Assembly: GCA_044222475.1 (NCBI GenBank) | Contig: JBGANF010000003.1 | Span: 79,644 to 143,643, forward strand | Reading direction: 5' to 3' | DNA length: 64,000 nucleotides | Origin: Polyangiaceae bacterium | GTDB lineage: Bacteria > Myxococcota_A > Polyangia > Polyangiales > Polyangiaceae | In this document: one piece after another, positions 1 through 9,406 of the stretch | Numbering within the stretch: the first letter of the stretch is position 1 | How the letters are laid out: every line of letters begins with the position of its first letter | The notes under the pieces: generated by a model | Told to the model about the DNA's origin: nothing | Database searches by the model: none | What the model saw: only the letters and a program-made list of their open reading frames with translations | Position numbers and translations under genes: made by a program

Positions 1-1
1 G

Positions 2-337
2 GGCTACCTGCCCCACACCCGGACACTCGAGACGCGGGCCAACGACGCGAGCCAAGGCGAGGCGGCGCAGGAGCTCGGGGTGACGAGCGACATCGAGGAG
101 GAGCGGCGCCTGTTCTACGTCGGCGTGACGCGCGCGCGCGAAGAGCTCGCCCTGACGCGGTGCCTCCACCGGCCGCTGCGCGGCAAGGCGGTGCCGCGCA
201 CGCCGAGCCGCTTCCTGATGGACATCCCGCCGGAGCTCGTCATCGAGGAGCAGGTGACGATCGCGCCCCACCTCTCCCCCGAGTCGATGACCGAGCAGGC
301 CAACGCCCTGCTCTCCGCGCTCGACGCGCTACGTTGA
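2..337 (+). CDS. UvrD/Rep/PcrA family ATP-dependent helicase, C-terminal end (5' truncated by window edge)
   Basis: The frame from base 2 reads GYLPH... and contains the SF1A motif VI EEERRLFYVGVTRAREEL and the downstream PSRFLMDIP. Confidence 0.9.
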   Translation, partial: GYLPHTRTLETRANDASQGEAAQELGVTSDIEEERRLFYVGVTRAREELALTRCLHRPLRGKAVPRTPSRFLMDIPPELVIEEQVTIAPHLSPESMTEQANALLSALDALR

Positions 338-341
338 GTCG

Positions 342-1073
342 ATGCCCGCACGGCTCCTCACCATCGGCGTGAGCCACTACTGCGAGAAGGCCCGTTGGGC
401 GCTCGATCGCGCCGGCGTCGACTACGTCGAGGAGGCTCATGCGCCGTTGTTCCACGTCGTCCGCGGCCGCGGCACGCGACCGCGCTTCGTCGACGGTGCG
501 GTCGACCTCGGCGACTCCACGGAGATCCTGAGGTACGTCGACCAACGCCTCGACGACTCGAAGAAGTTGTATCCTACAGGCATCGGCGCGGCCGCGCTCG
601 AAGCCGAGGAGCGGTGGGACCAGGGCCTCGGCGTCGAGGTGCGACGCGTCGTGTACGGCATGCTCGCGCACGAGCCGGAGCTCTTCGGCCGCCTCGGCAC
701 GCCGATGGCTCCAGCGATCGAGCAGCGGGTCGTCCGCGCCGTCCCCCGCCTCTTCCTCGCGCCGATCGTCCGCGCGTACCGAGCGGCGGGGCCGCCGCCG
801 AAGGCCATTGCCCGCGCCGAGGCGGCGTTCGCCGAGGCCTCCGCGATCCTCGAGAGGCAGCCGTACCTCGCCGGCGACCGCTTCAGCGCCGCCGACCTGA
901 CGTTCGCCGCCCTGGCCGCGCCGGCGGTGTTCCCGGAGGGGCACCCCGCGATGCCCGCGTACCGAGACCTCGCCGGGACGAAGGTCGCCGCGTTCGTGAC
1001 GCGGTTCCGCGACACGCGCGCGGGAGAGCACGTCCTGCGCATGTACCGCGAGCGGCGGCACGCCGCGGGTTGA
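342..1073 (+). CDS. Glutathione S-transferase family protein
   Basis: N-terminal SHYCEKARWALD, GDSTEILRY, and C-terminal YLAGDRFSAADLTFAAL. Confidence 0.85.
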   Translation: MPARLLTIGVSHYCEKARWALDRAGVDYVEEAHAPLFHVVRGRGTRPRFVDGAVDLGDSTEILRYVDQRLDDSKKLYPTGIGAAALEAEERWDQGLGVEVRRVVYGMLAHEPELFGRLGTPMAPAIEQRVVRAVPRLFLAPIVRAYRAAGPPPKAIARAEAAFAEASAILERQPYLAGDRFSAADLTFAALAAPAVFPEGHPAMPAYRDLAGTKVAAFVTRFRDTRAGEHVLRMYRERRHAAG

Positions 1074-1110
1074 TGCTTCGATCGCGGGACGGTGCTATTC
1101 CAGTGCACGC

Positions 1111-1578
1111 ATGGCGCTGATTTCGTGTCCCGATTGCGGCCGGCAGGTCTCCGACCTCGCCTATGCATGCCCGCAGTGCGCGCGTCCCATCGCCGAAACC
1201 ATCAACCATCGCCCGGAGCGTGTGGTGCGGGACGCTCGCGCCGACGAAGCCGGCGACGGCGTGGAACCTGGCATCCTCGCCCGGCGGCACCGCGACCGAA
1301 TCGGCGCGCGGGCGCCAGGCGTCGTCAAGGCGTGCGTCACCTGCGGTCGAGACGTCACCGAGGATCTGTTTCGGGCGAAGACGAAGACCGGCTACGTCTG
1401 CGCCGAGTGTCAGGACAAGGAGATCGACCGATACGTCGCCTGGCGAAACCGCTGGGGCAAGGTGGTCTGGATCGTGGTCGCGGTCGTGGTGGCGGGCGTC
1501 TCGATCGTCGGCCTGATGACCGTCGTGACGAGCATGTCGACGAGCAAGTCGGACGCGGTCGAGCCGGTCAAGAAGTGA
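1111..1578 (+). CDS. Zinc-ribbon membrane protein
   Basis: MALISCPDCGRQVSDLAYACPQC zinc ribbon, a second CVTC...CAEC pair, and a C-terminal hydrophobic helix. Confidence 0.75.
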   Translation: MALISCPDCGRQVSDLAYACPQCARPIAETINHRPERVVRDARADEAGDGVEPGILARRHRDRIGARAPGVVKACVTCGRDVTEDLFRAKTKTGYVCAECQDKEIDRYVAWRNRWGKVVWIVVAVVVAGVSIVGLMTVVTSMSTSKSDAVEPVKK

Positions 1579-1584
1579 CGCACG

Positions 1585-2184
1585 TCAGGGCTTCGGACAG
1601 GTGACCAACGTTCCCGTGTCGGCGAGGTTCACTGCGTCGGTCGCGTCGATGATGGCGTCCTCGATCCCGACGATGGTGGCGTAGCTGGAGTCGGACTCGA
1701 CGAAGCCCCAGCGTTTCACGGAGTACGTTTCGCCAAAGTCGGTGATCGTGGTCGTGATCCAACGACGATCGTGCTGACCCGAGTCGAGCGTGCGCCTGAT
1801 CTTGGGGAACTCGGCCCGCTGAGCCAGCGACTGGATCTTGCCCACCTTCCAGAGCGGCGCCGTCCCCCGGATGCAGCCCTTGCGCGGCTTCTCCACGACG
1901 ACGACGAACGTCCCGTCCGCGTTCACCGTGACCGTGTAGATCGGACAGTCGCCGAAGCAGACGTCGGCGTGGAGCTTGGCGACGAAGCCCTTGCTCGGGT
2001 TCGGCCACACCCCGACGTCGATGCCCGCGTCGACGATGGGTGGGGCGACCTCGCTGGTGGCGTCCGCGGCCGCGTCGACCGGATCGGGGACGTGCGGAGC
2101 AGCGACCGGCTTGCGCGGCGGCTCTTCGGTCGCGTGGCACGCGGCGAGAACGACGGCGAGAAGACCGGTACGTCCGACGATCAT
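1585..2184 (-). CDS. Lipoprotein, DUF6438-like domain
   Basis: ATG overlaps the upstream stop (ATGA). Lipobox LAAC and a CFGDCPIYTVTV motif. Confidence 0.6.
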   Translation of the reverse strand: MIVGRTGLLAVVLAACHATEEPPRKPVAAPHVPDPVDAAADATSEVAPPIVDAGIDVGVWPNPSKGFVAKLHADVCFGDCPIYTVTVNADGTFVVVVEKPRKGCIRGTAPLWKVGKIQSLAQRAEFPKIRRTLDSGQHDRRWITTTITDFGETYSVKRWGFVESDSSYATIVGIEDAIIDATDAVNLADTGTLVTCPKP

Positions 2185-3287
2185 TTCCCGGTGCAGTCTC
2201 CGGTCATGCCAGCGATCCACTTCGTGACGAGATCGAGCCCCTCGTCGTGAACGAGGCTGCGCCCGATCTCCGGCATGGCGACCTGCGGTTGGGTCGACTT
2301 CATGCGGTAGATCATGATCGACTCCTCGGGCTTCCCCGGGACCACGTCGTAGAGGAAGGTGCCGGACCCCGGACCGGCGGCGACCGGTGACTTGCACGTA
2401 CCAAGTCGGTACGGGTCGGCGATGTCGAAGCCGAGGTGGAGTCCGGTGGTGCGCGCCTCACCGACGTCGCTGTGGCAATGCCCGCAGTTGGAGTCGAGGT
2501 ACGCCCGTGCGCGCACGTCGTTCGGGAGCGACGTGTCGGCCCACGAGGGCATCGTCTTCGTCGCCGGCTGCGGCGCGCCGCTGAGGATGCCGACCTTCGT
2601 CCAGTGCGCGAGTTGGTTCTCGGTGCCGCTCGGGTACGCGTAGTCCACGTTGAGCCGGTCGCCGCGCACGCCGATCGGCACCACCACGTTGGACTCCCCG
2701 TCCCCGTGGCACTTCTTGCATTGGTTCTGGTTCGGCACGAGGTACGACGCCGTGACGGCCGTCCCATCCTCCTTGACGAAGCTCACGTCGCGCGTCTGTC
2801 CGCCGGGACGGATTCGCGCCTCCTTCTGGTCGTCGTCCCAGACGTACGAGATCGCGCGGAACCCGGAGTCGGTGCGGTAGAGGAGGCGGGTCTCGATCCA
2901 CTTCACTGGCTCGGGCTTGCGAAAGTCGGCCGGGTAGCCGAACGACTTGGTGACGATCGATCCGACGGGAAGGTCGAAGACCTTGGTGTCGTCCCAGACG
3001 ATCGACTGGCCCTTCGGTACCCAAATGGTACGAACCTTCACCGCGTAGTCCGAGAAGAGCGTGGCGCTCGGTTGGTAGGGGACGACCTCGGCCGAGAGAG
3101 GGACGATCTTCGCGTCCTGGACGCCGACCATGCAGTACGCCGAGAGCGTCGGCAGAGGGTCCACGAGGTAGCTCTTGTCGCTCGCCGGGGTGCACAGCGG
3201 CGCGGTGGGGGCGGGGGTGCTCGAGCACGCGACGAACGACGCTCCGAGCGCGAAGCCGAGCGCGAGAGCCGCGGTGCGGCCGCGCAC
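2181..3287 (-). CDS. SO2930-family diheme c-type cytochrome lipoprotein
   Basis: GTG start 1 nt after the upstream stop; lipobox FVAC; LFSDYAVK, IETRLL, CKKCH, RARAYLDSNCGHCH and MPEIGRSLVH motifs. Confidence 0.85.
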   Translation of the reverse strand: MRGRTAALALGFALGASFVACSSTPAPTAPLCTPASDKSYLVDPLPTLSAYCMVGVQDAKIVPLSAEVVPYQPSATLFSDYAVKVRTIWVPKGQSIVWDDTKVFDLPVGSIVTKSFGYPADFRKPEPVKWIETRLLYRTDSGFRAISYVWDDDQKEARIRPGGQTRDVSFVKEDGTAVTASYLVPNQNQCKKCHGDGESNVVVPIGVRGDRLNVDYAYPSGTENQLAHWTKVGILSGAPQPATKTMPSWADTSLPNDVRARAYLDSNCGHCHSDVGEARTTGLHLGFDIADPYRLGTCKSPVAAGPGSGTFLYDVVPGKPEESIMIYRMKSTQPQVAMPEIGRSLVHDEGLDLVTKWIAGMTGDCTGK

Positions 3288-3288
3288 G

Positions 3289-4572
3289 TCAGAGCCCCGG
3301 GAACGTGACCGGCGCGATCGCCGGGAGCGAGCAGTCGTAGGGCTTCGCGTCGAGCGACATGATGCCCGGGAGGTCCGGCTTGTTCTTGTCGAGCTTGTCG
3401 AGGTGCAGGTTGGCGAACGCCGACCCGCCGTTGTTCTGGATGCAGATCTGCATCGGGTTCTCGGGGTTGGTGGTGATCTTCGCGTCGACGATCCCGTCGT
3501 AGAGGACCTGCGGCACGACCTTGTTGGGGAACGACTCGGTCGCGGTCGCGAGCAGGATGCCGATCTGCTTCGTCGCGTCGGGGAGCGTGCCACCCGGACC
3601 GTAGGTGTTGTCGTGGATGTGGACCCGCTTCGGGTACGGGTAGTAGTTGGGATCCTTGATCTCGACGTCGGCGACGTAATAGCTGATCACCGCCGAGTGC
3701 ACGGTGAGGTTGTCGTCGAAGGCGTTCTGGAACACCTCGACGTTGTCGTTCGCCATGACGAAGAAGCCCGTGCCGCGCGGGATCAACCCGACGATGTTGC
3801 CGACCGGGGCGAAGTTCTTCGTGTTGTTGCCGTGGATCTTGTTCTTGTAGACGCGCACGTCGTGGCCGCCGAGCTGCGGCAGGCCGGGGAGATCGAACAC
3901 GAGGATCCCGCCGGTGTTGTCGTGCGAATCGTTCTCGTAGACGTCGGCGAAGAACGTGTTCTCGATCTCGATGCCGGCGACGTTCTCGTACGCCTCGTTG
4001 CGCCGGAGGACGGCGTGGTCGGACTGGCCGAGGTAGATGCCGGAGTCGGACGCGCCGCTGACCTTCGAGTCCTCGATGAGGACGTTCTTCGACTTCACCG
4101 GGTACAGACCGTACGGGCCGTGCTCGGACGGCTCGAGCCCGGTCCACGTCGCTTCCATCTTGCGGAAGGTGACGCCCGTCGCGCCGAGGACCTTCACCCC
4201 GTTGCCGGCCGTGTCCCGCACCGTGAAGCTCTCGAGGACGATGTCCTTCACGCCGTCGGCGAAGATGCCCTCGGCGCCGGCCTTCTGGCCTTTGAAGTCG
4301 AGGATGGTCTTGCCCATCCCCTGCCCCCGCACGGTCACTTTGTTCGCCGCGATGATGAGCGTGTTCGTCAGCTTGAAGGTGCCCTCACCGAAGAGGATGA
4401 GCTGACCGTCCTTCGCGGTCGCGAACGCGTCGGCGATCTTCTGCTCGCTGTCGCTCGACGCGAACGACGTGCAGAGGACGCCGGTGGGACAGGTGGGCGC
4501 GGGCGGCCCGGACGGAGTCGACGAGCACGCGAACACGGCGACCGGAAGCAAGGCTAGTCCGAGGAGACGCAT
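3289..4572 (-). CDS. Parallel beta-helix repeat lipoprotein (usual partner of SO2930-family cytochromes)
   Basis: Lipobox VFAC; YGLYPV, GASDSGIYLGQS, NVAGIEIEN, NTGGILVFDLPGL and NFAPVGNIVG repeats. Confidence 0.85.
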   Translation of the reverse strand: MRLLGLALLPVAVFACSSTPSGPPAPTCPTGVLCTSFASSDSEQKIADAFATAKDGQLILFGEGTFKLTNTLIIAANKVTVRGQGMGKTILDFKGQKAGAEGIFADGVKDIVLESFTVRDTAGNGVKVLGATGVTFRKMEATWTGLEPSEHGPYGLYPVKSKNVLIEDSKVSGASDSGIYLGQSDHAVLRRNEAYENVAGIEIENTFFADVYENDSHDNTGGILVFDLPGLPQLGGHDVRVYKNKIHGNNTKNFAPVGNIVGLIPRGTGFFVMANDNVEVFQNAFDDNLTVHSAVISYYVADVEIKDPNYYPYPKRVHIHDNTYGPGGTLPDATKQIGILLATATESFPNKVVPQVLYDGIVDAKITTNPENPMQICIQNNGGSAFANLHLDKLDKNKPDLPGIMSLDAKPYDCSLPAIAPVTFPGL

Positions 4573-5006
4573 CCTTGGACTCTACCACGAGCCCGATTCC
4601 ACGCCGCGCCCACTGCATACGCCGCCGCGATCGCCGCGAGGTCGATGGGGTCGAAGACGCCCGGGATCCAGTGAGCGGCCTGGGCCAGCTCGATCGCGAC
4701 GGCGGCCGCGAAACCGGCGGCCAGCCATGCGCGCGCCGCGCGCGAAGCTCGGTCCTCGCTCCACACGAGCGCGACCGCCGCGCCGAAAGCGTACGCCCAC
4801 GCCGCGTCGGGCGCGCTGCCCGACAGCGGACCCGGGATCGACGACGCGAACGCCCGCGTCACGACCCGCAGCGTGTCGAGCGCGCGCCCGAGCCCGACGG
4901 CGTCGACGGCTCGGAAGAGCGCGATGTCGTCGCGGCGGAGCAACAGATAGAAGGTGCCCCCAAGCAGGATCGGCAGCGCGACGTGGAGGAGCACGCGGCG
5001 CTTCAT
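4554..5006 (-). CDS. Hypothetical membrane protein
   Basis: MKRRVLLHVALPILLGG start coupled to the upstream stop (ATGA); several hydrophobic segments; ELAQ...GVFDPIDL. Confidence 0.65.
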   Translation of the reverse strand: MKRRVLLHVALPILLGGTFYLLLRRDDIALFRAVDAVGLGRALDTLRVVTRAFASSIPGPLSGSAPDAAWAYAFGAAVALVWSEDRASRAARAWLAAGFAAAVAIELAQAAHWIPGVFDPIDLAAIAAAYAVGAAWNRARGRVQGCVSSD

Positions 5007-5734
5007 TTGACCTGCCAGAGCTCCGAAACCCACGCGAGCGCCTTCTTGCCCCCGCTCACCTCGATGGGGGCGCCGCTGTACTCGAGGACGATCCAGCGAT
5101 CGCCGCTCTGCCTCACGTAGGCGGGCACGGTCGAGCGGATGCGCAGCGAGACCGCGGCGGGCAGCAGCGGGTGGAACCCGTCCGGCGGCGAGACCGATTT
5201 CATGAACGACAGCGCGGCGCTCGTCCCGCCCGCGACTCCCTTGCTCACGCGACCGTAGAGCGCGCCGGCGTCGGCGCCGTCCGCTTCGTCGAAGAACAGG
5301 AGCGCGCCCTTGCGGCCGGAGTTCTCGACGACGAGGTACGACCAGTGCGTCTTCCCGTCGTCGTTTCCGCCGACGCCGTAGGCCTTGCCGAAGAACACGA
5401 CGCGCTCCTTCGGAAGCGCTGCGGTCTTCGGGAGGGCGCCCGCGTCGAAATCGTCGAAGACGCGGCAACCGTCCTTCTTGGCCGCCACGCAACCGATGAG
5501 CGCGCGGATGCTCCCGACGTCGGGCTCGAGGAGCGCGGCCACCGAGTCGGCGCCGGCGTCGGTGATGCTCGCGTCGACCGCCGGCCCGCCGGCGTCCCAC
5601 GGTGCCAACGGCGTTCGATGGGCCGGGCTCGTCGCGGTGTTGAGCGCGAGGAAGAACCCGAGGACCGCAGCCGACGCGACGTGCCGTCTCCACCCCTTCG
5701 GGTACCACGAAGCGCGGCAGCGCGATGCGATCAC
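5003..5734 (-). CDS. Hypothetical exported protein (start uncertain)
   Basis: GTG overlapping the upstream stop (GTGA); hydrophobic N-terminal segment; normal-composition C-terminal domain. Confidence 0.55.
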   Translation of the reverse strand: MIASRCRASWYPKGWRRHVASAAVLGFFLALNTATSPAHRTPLAPWDAGGPAVDASITDAGADSVAALLEPDVGSIRALIGCVAAKKDGCRVFDDFDAGALPKTAALPKERVVFFGKAYGVGGNDDGKTHWSYLVVENSGRKGALLFFDEADGADAGALYGRVSKGVAGGTSAALSFMKSVSPPDGFHPLLPAAVSLRIRSTVPAYVRQSGDRWIVLEYSGAPIEVSGGKKALAWVSELWQVK

Positions 5735-6918
5735 GCGAGCGCCTCGCGGAGATCGGCGATGACGTCGGCTTCCTCTTCCAGCCCGACGGCGAGACGGATC
5801 AGGCCGTCTTCGATGCCGGCCTCGCGTCGCTCTTCCGGCGTCATCGCGTAGAAGCTCATGACCGCCGGCTGCTCGATCAGCGTCTCGGGACCGCCGAGGC
5901 TCGGCGCGATTCGGGCGAGCTTCGCGCGATCGACGACGCGGCGCGCATCGTCGAGGCCGCCCTTCACCACGAAGCTCACGACGCCACCGAAGCCGCCGTC
6001 CATCTGGGTCCGGGCGGTGACGTGGTCGGGGTGCGACTCGAGCCCCGGGTAGTACACGCGCTCGACGCGCGGGTGACCTTCGAGCGCCCGCGCCACCGCG
6101 AGCGCGGTGGCCGAGTGTTGGCGCATCCGCAGCGCGAGCGTCTTCATGCCGCGACCGACGAGGAACGCCGCATGCGGATCGCAGATCCCACCGAGGACGC
6201 CGCGGAGATCGCGCACCGGCGACGTGACCGCGGTCGCGCCGCACACCGCACCGGCGAGCACGTCGTGGTGACCGCCGAGGTACTTCGTGGCCGAGTGCAC
6301 GACGAGATCGACCCCGAAGCTCGCGGGGCGGCAGTGGATCGGCGTCGCGAACGTCGCGTCGACCATCGTCCGGACGTCGCGGATGGGCTTGCACGCGGCG
6401 GCGAGCGCCGCGAGATCGACACATCGGTTGTACGGGTTCGAAGGTGCTTCGCTGATCACCATTCGCGTCTCGGGGCGAAGCGCGGCCTTCATCGCCGCGA
6501 TGTCCCCCGGTGGGACGAGAGTGGCACCGACGCCGAAGTCGGCGAGGGTGCCGGTGACGAACTCGCGCGTCATGCGGTAGCAGTCGCTGAAGAGGACGAC
6601 GTGGTGCCCTTGCTTCACGTGCGCGAGGATCGCGGTCGTGACTGCGGCCATGCCGCTCGAGAAGAGGACGGCGTCCTCGGTTTGCTCGAGCGCGGCGAGG
6701 CGCACCTCGACGTCGCGGCACGTCGGGTTGCCGTAGCGGCCATACTCCTCGCGATCGGGCCGTTCGTGGGTGCCGTTCGTGAGCGCGATCACCTCGGCGG
6801 AGTCCCGGAAGGTGTACGTCGACGTCTGGACGAGCGGCGCCGGGATCGCATCGAACGCCTCGTTCGCACGCGCGCCGGCGTGGACGGCGTCGGTCGAGCT
6901 GGCGGTGCGCTTTTTCAC
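5731..6918 (-). CDS. Cys/Met metabolism PLP-dependent enzyme (cystathionine gamma-synthase/lyase family)
   Basis: YGRYGNPT, FSSGMAA, VDATFATP, HSATKYLGGHHD (PLP lysine), SLGGPETL and IRLAVGLE. GTG at 6918 preferred because TAGGAT lies 7 nt upstream. Confidence 0.9.
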   Translation of the reverse strand: MKKRTASSTDAVHAGARANEAFDAIPAPLVQTSTYTFRDSAEVIALTNGTHERPDREEYGRYGNPTCRDVEVRLAALEQTEDAVLFSSGMAAVTTAILAHVKQGHHVVLFSDCYRMTREFVTGTLADFGVGATLVPPGDIAAMKAALRPETRMVISEAPSNPYNRCVDLAALAAACKPIRDVRTMVDATFATPIHCRPASFGVDLVVHSATKYLGGHHDVLAGAVCGATAVTSPVRDLRGVLGGICDPHAAFLVGRGMKTLALRMRQHSATALAVARALEGHPRVERVYYPGLESHPDHVTARTQMDGGFGGVVSFVVKGGLDDARRVVDRAKLARIAPSLGGPETLIEQPAVMSFYAMTPEERREAGIEDGLIRLAVGLEEEADVIADLREALA

Positions 6919-6980
6919 GGACCGCATCCTACACCCGGTTTCCCTCTTCCGTGCCGCGCTCTCCCGGGCGACGATGCGCC

Positions 6981-7709
6981 ATGACCGACGAGAAGACCCT
7001 CCGCAAAGACCTCGCCGCCTGCTACCGCCTCGTCGCCCTCCACGGCTGGGACGACCTCGTGTTCACCCACATCTCGGTCCGAATCCCCGGGCCAGAGCAT
7101 CACTTCCTCATCAACCCGTACGGGATGCTCTTCGAGGAGATCACCGCGTCGAGCCTGGTGAAGGTGAACATGAACGGCGAGAAGCTCAGCGAGTCGCCGT
7201 TCCCGGTGAACCCGGCGGGGTTCGTGATCCACAGCGCGATCCACATGGCGCGGGAAGACATCACCTGCGTGCTGCACACCCACACGCCGGCCGGCGTCGC
7301 GGTGTCGGCCCAGAAGGACGGCCTGTTGCCGATCTCCCAGCAGGCGACGGTCGCGCTCGCGTCGCTCGGCTACCACGACTACGAGGGCATCGCCCTCCGC
7401 GACGACGAGAAGCCGCGGCTCGTGAAGGACCTCGGTACCAACATGGGATTCATCTTGCGCAACCACGGGCTGCTCACCGTCGGCGCGACGGTCGCCGACG
7501 CGTTCCTCGGGATGTTCAACCTGCAGCGCGCGTGCGAGATCCAGCTCCTCGCGCAGAGCGGCGGCAGGGAGCTCGTCCCGGTCGCGGCGCCGATCCTCCA
7601 GGGCGTGAAGGCCAACATCGCCGCGGTCACCAAGGGAATGCAGGGAGGACTCGCGTGGCCGGGGTTGCTCCGCAAGCTCGATCGCGTGAGCCCGGGCTAC
7701 GCGAGCTGA
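6981..7709 (+). CDS. Class II aldolase/adducin family protein
   Basis: THISVR, INPYGMLFEEITASSL, GFVIHSAIH, HTHT and LRNHGLL. Confidence 0.92.
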   Translation: MTDEKTLRKDLAACYRLVALHGWDDLVFTHISVRIPGPEHHFLINPYGMLFEEITASSLVKVNMNGEKLSESPFPVNPAGFVIHSAIHMAREDITCVLHTHTPAGVAVSAQKDGLLPISQQATVALASLGYHDYEGIALRDDEKPRLVKDLGTNMGFILRNHGLLTVGATVADAFLGMFNLQRACEIQLLAQSGGRELVPVAAPILQGVKANIAAVTKGMQGGLAWPGLLRKLDRVSPGYAS

Positions 7710-7719
7710 GGGAGCCGTC

Positions 7720-8016
7720 ATGTGCCGCAACATCCGCGTGCTTCATCACTTCGAGCCGCCGACGACGAAAGACGAGATGGCGGCGGCGTCCCTCCAGTAC
7801 GTCCGCAAGATCTCCGGAACGACGAAGCCGAGCGCGGCCGATCAGGCGGCGTTCGATCGCGCCGTCGCCGAGGTCACGGCCGCGACCGAGAAGCTCCTCA
7901 AAGTACTCCACGCGAAGGGACCGCCGCGCACGCGCGAGGGAGAGAAGCTCAAGGCGGTGGCGCGATGGGCCAGCCGCGAGGCGCGGATCAAGGGCACAGC
8001 AAGCGGCGGTTCATGA
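7720..8016 (+). CDS. DUF2277 family protein
   Basis: MCRNIRVLHHFEPPTT...AASLQYVRKISG signature; GGAG RBS upstream. Confidence 0.85.
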   Translation: MCRNIRVLHHFEPPTTKDEMAAASLQYVRKISGTTKPSAADQAAFDRAVAEVTAATEKLLKVLHAKGPPRTREGEKLKAVARWASREARIKGTASGGS

Positions 8017-8437
8017 GCACGCCGCGCATCATCGACTCGAACGCCTCGACGTCCTTCGGAGGCGGCGCGCAGGTGGTGCACGTCGGCGAGAGCCACATCC
8101 GGTTCGTGCCGATCCGAAAGGTCGCCTGGGTCGACGCGCTGGACTTGTAGATCAGGTTCCCCGCGATCGCCTTCTGCACGTCGGCTCTCGCGAACGCGCC
8201 CGTCACGTCGGCGCCGCTCCACATGTTGCCGTTGCGCGGCAGGTCGGTCTGGCAGACCTTCGGCGGTCCGCCGGGCTGAGGGCGCTCGAGCCGCACCGTC
8301 TCGGGCGGGAAGAACTGGAGGCTGTCGCCGCCTTCGACCATCTCGAACGCCGGTGCGGGGGCAGGCGCCGCCGCGACGTCCGAGACCGCACACACTGCGA
8401 CGACGGCCAGGAAGACGGTGGCGACGACGGATCGCAT
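7988..8437 (-). CDS. Hypothetical secreted protein
   Basis: Signal peptide; TAGACT 6 nt upstream of the ATG. Confidence 0.65.
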   Translation of the reverse strand: MRSVVATVFLAVVAVCAVSDVAAAPAPAPAFEMVEGGDSLQFFPPETVRLERPQPGGPPKVCQTDLPRNGNMWSGADVTGAFARADVQKAIAGNLIYKSSASTQATFRIGTNRMWLSPTCTTCAPPPKDVEAFESMMRGVLMNRRLLCP

Positions 8438-8491
8438 CTTCGGAGTCTACGCGAGGTCGCGGAAGATGCTTCCCGCGCGTAGACTGGGCGG

Positions 8492-9343
8492 ATGGCCCGC
8501 CGAAGCGTCGTGATCGCGAGCGCGCTGCTCCCCGCGGTCGGCTTCTTTGCCGCCTGCAGCGACGACGGCGTCGTGACGCCGGTGGAGGCCGGCGTCGACG
8601 ACGCTCCGCTCGACGTCTTCGCCGACGAGCCCGACGTGGACCAAGGGCCGACGAAAGCGGTGTGGGTCAACTCGACGGATACGTTGTTCCGGTTCGATCC
8701 CGACACGCACGCGCTCACCAAGGTGGCCACTTTCAGCTGCGCAGCCGATCTCGTGTTCGACATCGCGATCGACGAGGGCGAGCACATGTTCGGCGTCACG
8801 TCGCTCGGTCTCGTCGCCATCGATCCGAAGACCGCGGCGTGCACGGCGATCGCCGGCGGCGTGTATCCCCACGCGATCGCGTTCATCCCCAAGGGACCGC
8901 TCGACTTCACCCGCGAGGTACTCGTGGGTTACAGCCTCGCGCAGTACGTCCGCATCGACGAGAAGACCGGAGCGATGACGCCGATCGGGAACATCAACCC
9001 TTCCGGCACGGGGCCGCAGCTCGTCGTCTCGGGCGACCTCGTGGCCATCACCCCGACGCGCATCCAAGTGACGCTCCTCGGCGATCCCGACGGCGGAGAC
9101 ATCCTCGCGAGCGCCGATCCCAAAACGGGACACGCGCTGAAGGTCCTGAAGTCTCTCGGCGAGCTCGGGGTGACCGGGCTCGGACAGTGGGCGGGCACGA
9201 CCTACGCGTTCAGCCAGCGCGGCGACGTACTCTCCTACCGAGACGGATCGGTCGCGCTCGTCCACTCCGAGGGAGACGCCGCGGCGGACGTTCGGCTCAG
9301 CTTCAGCGGCGCGGCAGTGACGACGCGCGCGCCGACGCAGTGA
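8492..9343 (+). CDS. Secreted lipoprotein, probable beta-propeller
   Basis: Lipobox FAAC; LFRFDP, FDIAID and SGDLV beta-rich repeats ending GAAVTTRAP. Confidence 0.7.
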   Translation: MARRSVVIASALLPAVGFFAACSDDGVVTPVEAGVDDAPLDVFADEPDVDQGPTKAVWVNSTDTLFRFDPDTHALTKVATFSCAADLVFDIAIDEGEHMFGVTSLGLVAIDPKTAACTAIAGGVYPHAIAFIPKGPLDFTREVLVGYSLAQYVRIDEKTGAMTPIGNINPSGTGPQLVVSGDLVAITPTRIQVTLLGDPDGGDILASADPKTGHALKVLKSLGELGVTGLGQWAGTTYAFSQRGDVLSYRDGSVALVHSEGDAAADVRLSFSGAAVTTRAPTQ

Positions 9344-9406
9344 TGATCGGAGTTCCGCTTCTCCGTTGGGCCGCGACGGCGTACGCTTTCGATGGCGGGG
9401 TGATGC

